Source: Chthoniobacteraceae bacterium (GTDB lineage: Bacteria > Verrucomicrobiota > Verrucomicrobiia > Chthoniobacterales > Chthoniobacteraceae). From it: DNA of 56,018 bases. This document shows positions 19,850-29,821 of the stretch, piece by piece. The position numbers and the translations under genes were made by a program. The notes under the pieces are model-generated. The model saw only the letters and a list, made by a program, of their open reading frames with translations. It did not search any database and was not told where the DNA came from. The first letter of the stretch is position 1. Each line of letters starts with the position of its first letter. The stretch covers positions 1 to 56,018 of the forward strand of contig JBEBGD010000027.1 of NCBI GenBank assembly GCA_040081625.1. Reading direction: 5' to 3'.

Positions 19850-19858
19850 CCGCGCCTC

Positions 19859-22114
19859 ATGAGCACACAACTGACGCAGAATCTGAACGATACATCCCGT
19901 GTTGGAGCCGATTTGACCCGCCTTCGTGAAGCGGCAGGCTTGAAGCAATCCCAAGTGGCCGCAACCCTTGGTGTCGACACCAGTCGGGTTTCTCGAATCG
20001 AGACAGGGCAGCACGTCCCCGATGAATCGGAAGTCGGTAAAATCGCCCAGGCAATCGGGAGGCCAGAGGCGCTTGAATACGCTACTTTTGCCGCGAGCTC
20101 TTGGAGCCACATCCCCAAACCCGGCTTCTGGCATCCATCGCGGACCGACTTGCACCAAGCAGAGAAGCTTTTTGCGAAGTTGAGCGAGTTCGATCAGCGA
20201 CAGCAGAAAACTGACGGACCGAAAGCCCAAGCCAATCTGCATCGTGAATCTTTGATGAGAGCCGTCGAGTTCCTGACGGACACGAATCACTCCATCGCCT
20301 TCGTCGGAGAAATTGGCGTCGGGAAGTCCACAGCGATCTGCGGCATCACCGGATTGCTTCTTCCGCCGGATCCAAAAGCTGCGGCCTCACTTTCAAAACG
20401 AGTCGTTCTCGAAACGGGTGCCGGGCGAGTCACGCTTTGCGAAGTTCACCTTCGTTCCGAAGGGAAGACATCGTTTGGATTGCTCGTATCTCCGCAGCCA
20501 CAAGAAGAGGTGTTTCGCTGCGTCAGCGATTTTTGCTCGTCGATTATCGACATTTTCCATGGGCTGAACGGAAATCCCACCGTAGAAAACGAGAGTCGGG
20601 GTGTATCTGAGGAACTAAACAAGGCCATACGGAACATGGCGAAGCTTGCGCGGACTCCAGGAAAAAGTCCTGATGGAAAGCCCATTCGCATCGACCCAGC
20701 GATGGCCTTGGCGAAAGCGTGCAATGGCAATCTCGCGGAGCTGACTGCGGAAGTCCTCAAGCGGATGCGGCTCGACCAACGGACCTCCACGGAATTTCGT
20801 TTCGAGGCAACTGACCTCGTAGCTGGACTGAGGCAGCTTCGCGACCTTTTTGCGAGCGTGAACAAGGGCTTGTTGCCCGACGTGTCGTTGCCGCGTCGCA
20901 TTGATTTGATTGTCCCCATCCACTTGCTCGGAGAACGCCCCTTTAATGTCCGGGTCATTGATACCAAGGGCATTGATGATACGGCCATCCGGCCGGACAT
21001 CCGGGCCTACCTCGACGACCCACGAACCGTCACCGTGCTGTGCTCAGGGTTTCGTAATGCCCCCGACATGACGCTCCGGCTGCTCATGGAAAACCTCGCG
21101 AGCACCGGCGCTGACAAGGCACTCAGTGAGCGCGTTGTGCTTCTCGTCCTCGCGAGAGCACAGGAAGTGTCCGACACACAGGATGATGTCGGCAATCGAG
21201 CCGAGACCGCTGAGGAAGGCTATCGGATCAAGCAAGATCAGGTGAGTTGGTCGTTGAACCAAGTCAGCGGAGCACAGGAACTCCCGATCCTTTTTCTGGA
21301 TGTGCTGAACGACGACCACCATGCCATCGTCGAGCAACTGGCTCATGCAGTCACTCGATTGCGTGGACTTCACTCGAAGCGCATCGGGCAAGTCGGCAGT
21401 GCCATTGAAGAACTAATTCAGCGGCACGGGGAAGAACAGACGCGGAAAGCGCAGGAAGAGGTTCGCAACCGTCTCCGTATTTTCATCAGCCAGCATTTGT
21501 CGCCGGTCTCGTCGGTTCACAACTTTCACGACTCACTGATTTCTGCCGCCCGAAATACCAATGCACGCACGGTTTGGGCGTCAACCACTCGCAAAGGCAC
21601 TTGGCCCGGAATGGAAGCCTACCACTTGCTTGGCACTGGAACGGCAATCGACGCACAGAGGCGCACGCAGCCACTCTTCGCGAGTCTTGATGGACTGCTG
21701 GAGAATATGCTCGGTGACACGGAACTCGATCCCGCATGCGATTACCTGAACGAACTACGGCGCAATATTCCGACATGGAGAGAGCGGTTCTTGAACGAGG
21801 CGACTATTTCGGGGCGGGAAATCTACCGGGCAGAACTGTTCGTGGATGAACCGGTATGGAGCGAGTGCGTCAATTATTGGGGGCAAAAAGACAAATACGG
21901 ATACCGAAACCGCATCGCTGATTGCCTTAAGAAATGGTGCGAGACTCGCCCGAATCTCGCTAAGGCAACCGAGAGGCACATTCAATCTGCGTGGCGCGAC
22001 TGTTTCCTTAGGCCGTTGGCGCTGCTTTGCGATGCTGTAGATTTGCTCTCTGCGAATCAGGAAGCCGTTTCAGATTCGGTGGAGGAATTCGTCGAAGCCT
22101 CATCACCACGATGA
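19859..22114 (+). CDS. XRE-family HTH fused to a dynamin-like/TRAFAC GTPase with helical C-terminus
   Basis: LREAAGLKQSQVAATLGVDTSRVSRIETG (XRE HTH); G1 FVGEIGVGKST; G2-like GRVTLCEV; G3 VIDTKG. Visibly more AT-rich than the flanks. Confidence 0.8.
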   Translation: MSTQLTQNLNDTSRVGADLTRLREAAGLKQSQVAATLGVDTSRVSRIETGQHVPDESEVGKIAQAIGRPEALEYATFAASSWSHIPKPGFWHPSRTDLHQAEKLFAKLSEFDQRQQKTDGPKAQANLHRESLMRAVEFLTDTNHSIAFVGEIGVGKSTAICGITGLLLPPDPKAAASLSKRVVLETGAGRVTLCEVHLRSEGKTSFGLLVSPQPQEEVFRCVSDFCSSIIDIFHGLNGNPTVENESRGVSEELNKAIRNMAKLARTPGKSPDGKPIRIDPAMALAKACNGNLAELTAEVLKRMRLDQRTSTEFRFEATDLVAGLRQLRDLFASVNKGLLPDVSLPRRIDLIVPIHLLGERPFNVRVIDTKGIDDTAIRPDIRAYLDDPRTVTVLCSGFRNAPDMTLRLLMENLASTGADKALSERVVLLVLARAQEVSDTQDDVGNRAETAEEGYRIKQDQVSWSLNQVSGAQELPILFLDVLNDDHHAIVEQLAHAVTRLRGLHSKRIGQVGSAIEELIQRHGEEQTRKAQEEVRNRLRIFISQHLSPVSSVHNFHDSLISAARNTNARTVWASTTRKGTWPGMEAYHLLGTGTAIDAQRRTQPLFASLDGLLENMLGDTELDPACDYLNELRRNIPTWRERFLNEATISGREIYRAELFVDEPVWSECVNYWGQKDKYGYRNRIADCLKKWCETRPNLAKATERHIQSAWRDCFLRPLALLCDAVDLLSANQEAVSDSVEEFVEASSPR

Positions 22115-23286
22115 AAACCGAAGCGCCGAAACCTTTGTTTCCATCCGCCTACGGCCCGCTGCTCGCCGACTTGAAGGCGCGCGTTCGTTCGGCGCAGGTG
22201 AAGGCGGCGGTGGCGGTGAACCGGGAGTTGATTTTGCTCTACTGGCACATCGGGCGGGAGATTCTGCGGGCGCAGAAGGCTGAGGGCTGGGGCGCGAAGG
22301 TCGTCGAGCGGCTGGCGAAGGATTTGGCGGCGGAGTTCCCGGAGATGGGCGGGTTTTCGCGGGCGAATCTCCTTCGGATGCGGAATTTCTACGACACTTG
22401 GAAGCCCATGGAAGTCGTGTCACAGCCTGTGGCGGAATCGCCCCCGCCAATTGTCGCACAGCCCGTGCGACAATTGGGAAAAGCAGCCGCCAAAAGCATC
22501 GGCACGGAAATAGTCGCACGGCCTGTGGGACAATTTGAGGACGAACCGCCGGAGCCGCTCTCGTTGCTTTCATGGGGCAGCAATATCATCTTGCTCGAGA
22601 AGTTGGACTCCGCTGCGCCACGGTTGTGGTATGGGCGCAAGGCGTTGGAGCACGGCTGGAGCCGGGCGGTGCTGACGTTGCAGATCGAGTCGCGGCTGCA
22701 TGAGCGCAGCGGGAAGGCCATCACGAACTTCGAGCGGACGCTGCCGCCTGCGCAGTCGGACATGGCGCGCGAGGTGTTGAAAGACCCTTACACCTTCGAC
22801 TTCCTCACGCTCGGCGAGGCGGCGCAAGAGCGCGATCTGGAGCGTGGGCTGGTGGAGCATGTGCAAAAGCTGCTGCTCGAAATGGGCGCGGGCTTCGCGT
22901 TCGTCGGGCGGCAGGTGCCGGTCGAGGTCGGTGATGAGGACTTCTACCTTGACCTGTTGTTCTACCATCTGCGGCTGCGTTGCTTCGTCGTCGTGGATTT
23001 AAAGATGAAGCGGTTTGAGCCGGAGTTTGCGGGGAAGATGAACTTCTATCTCTCCGCTGTGGACGATCAGATGCGTCACAAGGCGGACGCACCGACCATC
23101 GGCCTGCTGCTGTGCAAGGACACGAAGAACCGGCTCAAGGTCGAGTATGCGCTGCGCGATGTGAAGAAGCCCATCGGCGTCGCGGAATGGCGCACGCGGC
23201 TGGTCGAATCGCTGCCGAAGAACCTACGCGGCTCGCTGCCGAGCATCGCGGACATCGAGCGCGGGCTGGCGGAGCGGACGACGTGA
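22111..23286 (+). CDS. yhcG: YhcG/DUF1016 family PD-(D/E)XK nuclease-domain protein
   Basis: [75 protein letters not shown] overlap with the upstream stop. Confidence 0.93.
   Translation: MKTEAPKPLFPSAYGPLLADLKARVRSAQVKAAVAVNRELILLYWHIGREILRAQKAEGWGAKVVERLAKDLAAEFPEMGGFSRANLLRMRNFYDTWKPMEVVSQPVAESPPPIVAQPVRQLGKAAAKSIGTEIVARPVGQFEDEPPEPLSLLSWGSNIILLEKLDSAAPRLWYGRKALEHGWSRAVLTLQIESRLHERSGKAITNFERTLPPAQSDMAREVLKDPYTFDFLTLGEAAQERDLERGLVEHVQKLLLEMGAGFAFVGRQVPVEVGDEDFYLDLLFYHLRLRCFVVVDLKMKRFEPEFAGKMNFYLSAVDDQMRHKADAPTIGLLLCKDTKNRLKVEYALRDVKKPIGVAEWRTRLVESLPKNLRGSLPSIADIERGLAERTT
22411..22536. repeat. Three in-frame palindromic repeat units within yhcG
   Basis: Perfect CCAATTGTCGCAC-AGCCC-GTGCGACAATTGG (22447-22477); degenerate copies at ~22414-22440 and 22508-22536. 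Confidence 0.8.
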
Positions 23287-23351
23287 CACGCGTGAATGGC
23301 GGCACCTTGAGTCGCGTTTGCTTTTCCTCCGCCAATCCGCAGTCCATTTTC

Positions 23352-24647
23352 ATGAACCTCTCCTCACCGATGAACCGCAGACACTTTCTCCAATCCACCG
23401 CCTCGCTGGCCGGGGCCGCCGTTTTTTCCCGCCCGCTCATCGCCGCCCCGGAACCGGCGCTCATCAAGGGGAAGGCGGAGCACGTCATCTCCATCTGGCT
23501 CGGCGGCGGCATGGCGCAGACCGATACCTTTGACCCCAAAAGGCGCGGAGACCCGGCTGCGAAAAAAGCCGGCTCCTACTACGACTCCATCGGCACCGCC
23601 GTGCCCGGCGTCCAGCTCTGCGAGCATCTGCGCAAAGTCGCCCCGCTCATGGAGCGCGTCACGGCAGTGCGCACGGTGCATCACGACGTGATCGACGAAC
23701 ACGCCGCCGCCACCAACCGCATGCACACCGGCCGCGCCATCAGCGGCACCATTAGCTATCCATCGATCGGCTCCATCATCGCTCACCAACGCGGCTCCGC
23801 TTCCGACGAAGCGCCGCCCTATGTGCTGATCGGCTATCCGAACGTCACCCGCGGCCCCGGCTTCCTCGGCGCGCAGTCAGGCTACCTTTACCTCACCGAC
23901 ACCAGCCGCGGCCCGGCAGGCCTTTCCCGTCCGCCCGATGTCAGCACCGGCCGCCAGCAGCGCCGGGGCCAGTTTCTCGCCGCCCTGCAAGCCGAGGCGC
24001 CTCCGACCAGCGATCCGAAGCTGAAAAGTTACGATGCCGCCATCGAGCAGAGCCTGAAGTTCAGCGGCCCGGGCTTCAACCGCGTCTTCCAGCTCGACGA
24101 GGAGCCCGGCGACCTGCGCCAGCGCTACGGCGGCGAATTCGGGCAGCGCTGCCTGCTCAGCCGCCGACTCGTCGAGCAGGGCGTGCGCTTCGTCGAGGTC
24201 TCCCACAACCTGAACTTCCTCAACGGCACCGGATGGGACACCCACAACCAGGGCATCTTGAAACAACACGAGCTGATCAAGGAACTCGACACCGCCGTAG
24301 CCGCGCTCATCACCGATCTCGAAGCGCGGCGACTGCTCGACAAGACGCTGATTGTCATCACCACCGAGTTCGGCCGTCCGCCCGAGTTCGACGGCGGCGG
24401 CGGACGCGGCCATCAGGGCAGCGCGTTCACCTGCGTGCTGGCGGGCGGCGGCCTGCGCCACTGCGGTGCCTGGGGCGAGACCGACGAACTCTCCAAGAAG
24501 ATCGTCGCCGATCCAGTCACCGTGCCCGACTTCTTCGCCACGATCTGCGCCGCCGTCGGAGTCGATTACCGAGCCAATCTCCACGACGGCGACCGCCCCG
24601 TGCCGATCACCGACCAGGGGACGCCGATCAAACAACTGTTTGGCTGA
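23352..24647 (+). CDS. DUF1501 domain protein (Tat signal)
   Basis: [44 protein letters not shown]. Start could be 23370. Confidence 0.9.
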   Translation: MNLSSPMNRRHFLQSTASLAGAAVFSRPLIAAPEPALIKGKAEHVISIWLGGGMAQTDTFDPKRRGDPAAKKAGSYYDSIGTAVPGVQLCEHLRKVAPLMERVTAVRTVHHDVIDEHAAATNRMHTGRAISGTISYPSIGSIIAHQRGSASDEAPPYVLIGYPNVTRGPGFLGAQSGYLYLTDTSRGPAGLSRPPDVSTGRQQRRGQFLAALQAEAPPTSDPKLKSYDAAIEQSLKFSGPGFNRVFQLDEEPGDLRQRYGGEFGQRCLLSRRLVEQGVRFVEVSHNLNFLNGTGWDTHNQGILKQHELIKELDTAVAALITDLEARRLLDKTLIVITTEFGRPPEFDGGGGRGHQGSAFTCVLAGGGLRHCGAWGETDELSKKIVADPVTVPDFFATICAAVGVDYRANLHDGDRPVPITDQGTPIKQLFG

Positions 24648-24656
24648 GTGACGCCG

Positions 24657-25934
24657 CTACTTCGCCTTCGGCCTCGCGCGATACCGTTCGTTCAGGCGCG
24701 TGTGACGCGACTCGATCGACTGCTCGGCCCCGCTCATCCACAGCCATTTTACCTCGGCCCGGATGTCGAGGATGTCGCCGGTGGCGGCGAAGAAGGTGGC
24801 ATCCTTGCCGGGCTCGATGGAGCCGAGCCGGTCCGCCACGCCGTGGAGCTGCGCCGGGACGAGCGTGACCGCGGCGAGCGCGGCGTCGCCGGGCAGCCCG
24901 AAGGCGGCGGCTTGCGCGGCGAGATAGGGAAGGTTGCGCTGGTCGGCGGCGTTCTTCGACGAGAGGCCCGTGCCTATCGCCACCGTCACGCCGGCCTGGT
25001 GCAGGATGCCGGGGGCGCGGAACTGCACATCATAGGCATCGGAGCCGAGGGCGGGCAGGGCGAAGACCTCGCTGTAGATCACGGCGACCTTTCGGCGCGC
25101 GAGTTCCCCGGCAAACATCCAGGCATCGCGCCCGCCGACGATGACGATGCGCAGGCGCGGGCGCGGCTCGGCCCACTTCAGCGCGCTGCGAATGTCGCGC
25201 TGGCCGTTGGCGTGGATCATCAGCGGGATTTCGCCGGCGAGCACGGGCCGCATCGCCTCCCACGCGGGCACGACCGGGCTGCCGGCGGCGCGCTTCTCCC
25301 ATGCCCCGGCATCGGCGAAGAACTGCTCGATGTCGCGCACCTTCTCCCGGCGCTCGCGCGCCTGTTCGTCGAGGGGTTTGGTCTTCTCGGGGGCGTTCGG
25401 TCCGGGGATCGTGAGCGAATGATCGGGCCAGAAGAGATGCATCGCCGTGCGGCGGCGCACGAGCATCTCCTCGGTCGTCCAGCCGCGCCCGGCGAGCAGT
25501 CCCGACGTGCCCGCGAGCAGCCTGCCCTGCGGCACGGGGACGAAATGCGTGACGCCATTGGCGCGCGCGACCGGGATGAGTTCCGAGTCGGGATTGACCG
25601 CGAGCCACGACTCGACCTCGGGGGTGAAATCGCCCGTCTCGCGGCCATCGACCGTCGCGCGCACGGCGCCGATTTCGACGAGCCCGAGATCGGTCGCGGC
25701 GCCGATCAAGCCGGGGAAGAGGTGCAGCCCCGCGAGATCGACGGTGCGGTCCGCGGCTTGGTCGATGCGTGCGGCGACGGCGTCGATCTTCCCGTCGCGC
25801 ACGAGCACGTCGCCGGGAGCGAGAGTTCCCTTGGCCACGGTGTGCACCGTCGCGCCGCGCAGCAGCAGCGTCTCGGCGTGAGCCGCGGGCGCGAGCGCGA
25901 CGAGCGCGCAGACGAGGGAGATTAGTTTTTCCAT
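24657..25934 (-). CDS. Amidohydrolase family protein, exported (probably non-catalytic partner)
   Basis: LFPGLIGA replaces PGxIDxHxH; LGSIEPGKDA. Confidence 0.82.
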   Translation of the reverse strand: MEKLISLVCALVALAPAAHAETLLLRGATVHTVAKGTLAPGDVLVRDGKIDAVAARIDQAADRTVDLAGLHLFPGLIGAATDLGLVEIGAVRATVDGRETGDFTPEVESWLAVNPDSELIPVARANGVTHFVPVPQGRLLAGTSGLLAGRGWTTEEMLVRRRTAMHLFWPDHSLTIPGPNAPEKTKPLDEQARERREKVRDIEQFFADAGAWEKRAAGSPVVPAWEAMRPVLAGEIPLMIHANGQRDIRSALKWAEPRPRLRIVIVGGRDAWMFAGELARRKVAVIYSEVFALPALGSDAYDVQFRAPGILHQAGVTVAIGTGLSSKNAADQRNLPYLAAQAAAFGLPGDAALAAVTLVPAQLHGVADRLGSIEPGKDATFFAATGDILDIRAEVKWLWMSGAEQSIESRHTRLNERYRARPKAK

Positions 25935-28810
25935 GGCATCGGGTGGTCGAGGCAGCAGGCGCCGCAGCGGAAATTCTCGCGGTCTTCCAGCACGCGGAAG
26001 AAGAATTTCGCCTGCGCTTTGGCCGCAGCCGGGTCGCCGCCGGCATCGGTCGCGAGTTTCTTTGCTTTTTCGATGAGCACGAGGCGCTCGGCGTTGCGCG
26101 CTTCGCCACGACGCTGCGCGGCGTCGCGCTCGAAGAACTGTTTGCCGTCGATCCACGTCTCGATGCACACGCTCGAAGTCGCGAGCGGGCTCCCGCTCCA
26201 CACCGCGAAGTCGCCATCCTTCCCCACCTCCAGCGAGCCGACCATTTTGTCGATCCCGAGCTGCCGCGCGGGATTGATCGTCACGAATTTCAGCGCCTCG
26301 TCCTCGGGGGTGCCGCCGTATTTCACGGCCTTCGCCGCCTCGAGATTCATCCGGCGCGCGTGATCGGAGGAGTCGGAGTTGAAGGACACGTTCACGCCGC
26401 GCTCGCGCATGATGCTGCCGGCATACGGGATCGCGTCATAGACCTCGAACTTGAAGGCCCACCAGTCCGAGAAGGCCGAGGCGCCCGCGCCGTGCTTCGC
26501 GATTTCATCGGCCACCTTGTAGCCTTCGAGGATGTGCTGGAGCGTGGCCACGCGGACGCCGAAGCTCTCCATCACGCGGAGGAACGCGACGATTTCGTCC
26601 TGCCGGTAGCTGTGGCAGTGGAGGAGCCGCTCGCCGCGGATGATCTCGGCGATCGCTTCGAGCTCGAGGTCGCGCCGCACCGGCGGTCCGCCTTTCTGCA
26701 AGGCGGCGGCATACTGCTGCGCGGCGGTGAAGCGGTTCGTGTGAAAGGCCGGCACGCCCATGCGCGTCTGCGGGAAGCGGTGTTTGAAGGCGGCGCCCCA
26801 GTTCGATTGCTTCACGTTTTCGCCGAGGGCGAATTTGATGCCGCCCGGTGCTCCCGCGAGCTTCAGCTCCTCGGGCGCGGCGCCGTCGCGAAGCTTGATC
26901 ACGCAGTTCTGCCCGCCGATGGGATTGGCCGAGCCGTGGAGAACGTTCGCGACGGTGAGGCCGCCGGCGAGCTGCTGGTGGATCGTCTCGGATTCGGAGT
27001 TCAACACGTCGCCGATGCGCACCATCGCGGTGGAAGGCAGCGTGCCTTCGTTTACGCCGCCCATGATCGTGCTGTGGCTATGGCAGTCGATGAGTCCCGG
27101 CGTGACGTGGATGCCGGGCCGGTCGATGACGTGCGCATCGGGCGGCACATCCGCGATCTTTCCGACCGCGCGGATCTTCCCATCCACGATGAGCAGGCTG
27201 GCATTCTCGATGCGTCCCCGCGGGCCGCTCGTCCAGAGCGTCGCGGACTTGATGAAGACCGCCCGCGGCGCGAGCAACGGGCCGCGATCCTTCTGCGCCG
27301 GGGCCGCGGCGAGCTGCGCGCGGAGCTTTTCCTTCTCCTTCTTCTTCTCGTCGGCCTTGGCGTCCGCGTCCTTCTTCTTGTCGTCCTTGATCGGCGCGGG
27401 GAATTGCCGCCCGTCGATCCACACCTCGCGCACGCTCGCGTCTTCGTCGAAGTAACGCCCCTTCTCGACCACCGTGAGATGCGCGAGCTTGCCGGCCTCG
27501 ATCGTGCCGAGTTGGTCCGCCACGCCGCAGATGCGCGCGGGCGTCGTGGTCAGCGCGGCGATCGCGTCGGCTTCGCTCAAGCCGCGCGCGATGGCGAGCC
27601 GGGCGTTCGGGCGGAAGCGGCTCTTCTTTTCCAGGCCGTGCGTGGTGAGCGCGATGTCGCGACCTTCGCGGCGGAGCAGCGCCGGATTTCCCGGCGCGTG
27701 ATCCCACGCGCGCAGCGTCTCGAACGGCATCGCGAGCCAGTCGTCGTCCTCGGGTAGTTTCGGCGCCTCGGGGAAATCCACCGGCACGATGAATGGCGCG
27801 GCCGCCGCCCGCGCGAGTTCCGGGCGGCGCCATTCCTGGCCCGTCGCGAGCAGGATCGGCTGCAAGCCGAGTTCGCGGGAGAGGTGCATCGCGCGATCGA
27901 CCATCAGCATGGCCGAGGACTCGAAGACCACGGGCATCGTCTTCCGCGCCGCGGGCTGGAGCGCATCGAGCGAAGCGTCGAAAGCGGGGCGCGGGCGATC
28001 GTTCGGATGCGCGGCGAAGTGCGCGAAGTCCGCGGCCTGAAACTGCGCATCGAAAAACGTCTGCCGCACCGCCGAGATCACTCCCATGAGCGAGGCCGGA
28101 TAAGAATCGGGCCGCTCCGAATCCTCGTCCGGCTTACTCCCCTTCGGCAAGTCGAGCGACACATGCTGGAAGGTCTCCGAGCGAATGAGCGCCACGTTTG
28201 GCTCATTGGAAACGAGCGACACCAACGCACTCATCCCCCGAATCACGCCGCGATCCGGCACCGCGTTCGCCGCGGTGAACCCTTCCGCGCGCAACGCATC
28301 CAGCGCCTTCTTTTCCGGGGAATACTCGCGCGCCATCCGCCGCTCGGGCATCACCAGCGACTTCGCACTTCCGCCGACGGCGACCGACGCCACTCCGAGA
28401 AACCCCGTGCCCGCACCCGCCGTGAGATCCTCCGACGCATCGACAGGCGGCCCTTCACCCATCGCCGAGGCACGCTCGCCACTGCCTTTGGAAAAGACCA
28501 CATGTGCATCGATGAACCCTGCGTAGATCGTCGTGCCCGCCATGTCGTGAACCCGCGCATCCGCCGGCACCGCCACATCCGCGCCCACCGCCACGATCCG
28601 CCCGTCGCGCAATACGATCGTCGCCTTTTCAAGCTCGTCGCCCGGCTTCACCACCACCCGCCCACCGACCAGTGCATGCACTGAAGCCGGCAGCGGACGA
28701 TTCCCCGGCGCGCGGATCGCATCCGCCGCAACAACCTCCGACACCCAGCACACACTCGCACTCAAGACCACGGTCCGCGTGAATCGGAGAAAGCGAGGGA
28801 GGTAAGTCAT
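25922..28810 (-). CDS. Two-domain amidohydrolase family protein
   Basis: AGFIDAH and PGLIDCHSH; HCHSYR; FNSD; GSLEVGKDGD. Confidence 0.88.
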   Translation of the reverse strand: MTYLPRFLRFTRTVVLSASVCWVSEVVAADAIRAPGNRPLPASVHALVGGRVVVKPGDELEKATIVLRDGRIVAVGADVAVPADARVHDMAGTTIYAGFIDAHVVFSKGSGERASAMGEGPPVDASEDLTAGAGTGFLGVASVAVGGSAKSLVMPERRMAREYSPEKKALDALRAEGFTAANAVPDRGVIRGMSALVSLVSNEPNVALIRSETFQHVSLDLPKGSKPDEDSERPDSYPASLMGVISAVRQTFFDAQFQAADFAHFAAHPNDRPRPAFDASLDALQPAARKTMPVVFESSAMLMVDRAMHLSRELGLQPILLATGQEWRRPELARAAAAPFIVPVDFPEAPKLPEDDDWLAMPFETLRAWDHAPGNPALLRREGRDIALTTHGLEKKSRFRPNARLAIARGLSEADAIAALTTTPARICGVADQLGTIEAGKLAHLTVVEKGRYFDEDASVREVWIDGRQFPAPIKDDKKKDADAKADEKKKEKEKLRAQLAAAPAQKDRGPLLAPRAVFIKSATLWTSGPRGRIENASLLIVDGKIRAVGKIADVPPDAHVIDRPGIHVTPGLIDCHSHSTIMGGVNEGTLPSTAMVRIGDVLNSESETIHQQLAGGLTVANVLHGSANPIGGQNCVIKLRDGAAPEELKLAGAPGGIKFALGENVKQSNWGAAFKHRFPQTRMGVPAFHTNRFTAAQQYAAALQKGGPPVRRDLELEAIAEIIRGERLLHCHSYRQDEIVAFLRVMESFGVRVATLQHILEGYKVADEIAKHGAGASAFSDWWAFKFEVYDAIPYAGSIMRERGVNVSFNSDSSDHARRMNLEAAKAVKYGGTPEDEALKFVTINPARQLGIDKMVGSLEVGKDGDFAVWSGSPLATSSVCIETWIDGKQFFERDAAQRRGEARNAERLVLIEKAKKLATDAGGDPAAAKAQAKFFFRVLEDRENFRCGACCLDHPMPWKN

Positions 28811-29011
28811 CGCGGGAGCCTCCACCGCCCGGCGGCACAATTGCAAGCGCGCCGATCGGCACCGGCGGAGACGATTTCTCATCAGTCATGTCCGCGAGCC
28901 AAAACCGTCGTCGCTTCCCATTCGCCGGTATCTGGCCGAGGCCGCGCCTAGCATCCGGCGCGGAGTCTGATTGACGTGGAGATGCTGCCTCGACGCAGCC
29001 CGTCAATTTCC

Positions 29012-29809
29012 ATGAAACTCGCCACCCTCCTCGTCACCTTCTTCTTCAGCCTCCATGCTTCCTTTGCCGAGGCGCCGCACACGCTCCGCGTGCTCTGCTA
29101 CAACATCCATTACGGCCAGGGGATGGACGGGGACTACAACATCCAGCGGCTCGCGGAGGTCATCAAGGCAGCCAAGCCCGATCTCGTAGCACTCCAGGAA
29201 GTCGATGTCGGCGTGCTGCGGTCGGGCCGCGTGCATCAGTTGCAGAAGCTCGGTGAACTCACGGGCCTCACCGCGCGGTTCGGCCCCACGCAGCATTACG
29301 AGGGAGGACTCTTCGGCAACGCGGTGCTCACGCGCCTGCCCATCCTCGATGAACTCATCCAGCCCCTGCCCTACACCGACGCCACGCCGGAGCGTCAAAC
29401 CTATCCGCGCGGCGCACTCGCCATCACCATGACGGCGCCGGATGGCCGGCCGCTGCGATTCATCAGCACCCACTTCCAGCACAACGTGCCCGAGGATCGC
29501 GTGGAAGAGGCCAGGGCCATCAACAATCTCTTCGCCGCGCCTGCCGACAATCTGCGCACGATCCTCGCCGGCGACTTCAACGCCATCCCCGGCTCCGAGC
29601 CCATCGCCATTCTCGAGAAAAGTTGGACCCACGCCATCGACGCCGCGCGCGCTCCCTCCGCGCCCTCGGTGAATCCAAAGTCGCGCATCGACTACATCTT
29701 CTACCGGGGGGCGAAGGACTTCCGGGTCGTCAGCAGCGAAGTCCTGCCCGAGGCCATGGCGTCCGATCACCGCCCCGTGCTCGCGGTGCTGGAACTCTCC
29801 AAGCCCTGA
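29012..29809 (+). CDS. Endonuclease/exonuclease/phosphatase family protein, exported
   Basis: YNIH, LQEVD, GNAVL, AGDFN, IDYI, SDHRP. Confidence 0.92.
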   Translation: MKLATLLVTFFFSLHASFAEAPHTLRVLCYNIHYGQGMDGDYNIQRLAEVIKAAKPDLVALQEVDVGVLRSGRVHQLQKLGELTGLTARFGPTQHYEGGLFGNAVLTRLPILDELIQPLPYTDATPERQTYPRGALAITMTAPDGRPLRFISTHFQHNVPEDRVEEARAINNLFAAPADNLRTILAGDFNAIPGSEPIAILEKSWTHAIDAARAPSAPSVNPKSRIDYIFYRGAKDFRVVSSEVLPEAMASDHRPVLAVLELSKP

Positions 29810-29821
29810 CACCACTCCAGC

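Noticed and set aside
22027..22110. N-terminal extension of YhcG in the ORF track
   Set aside because: Overlaps the upstream CDS; ATG 22111 (ATGA coupling) fits the family start.
22411..22536. Palindromic repeats as a mini CRISPR array
   Set aside because: Degenerate, unevenly spaced (36 and 60 bp), in frame within a CDS, and no cas genes.
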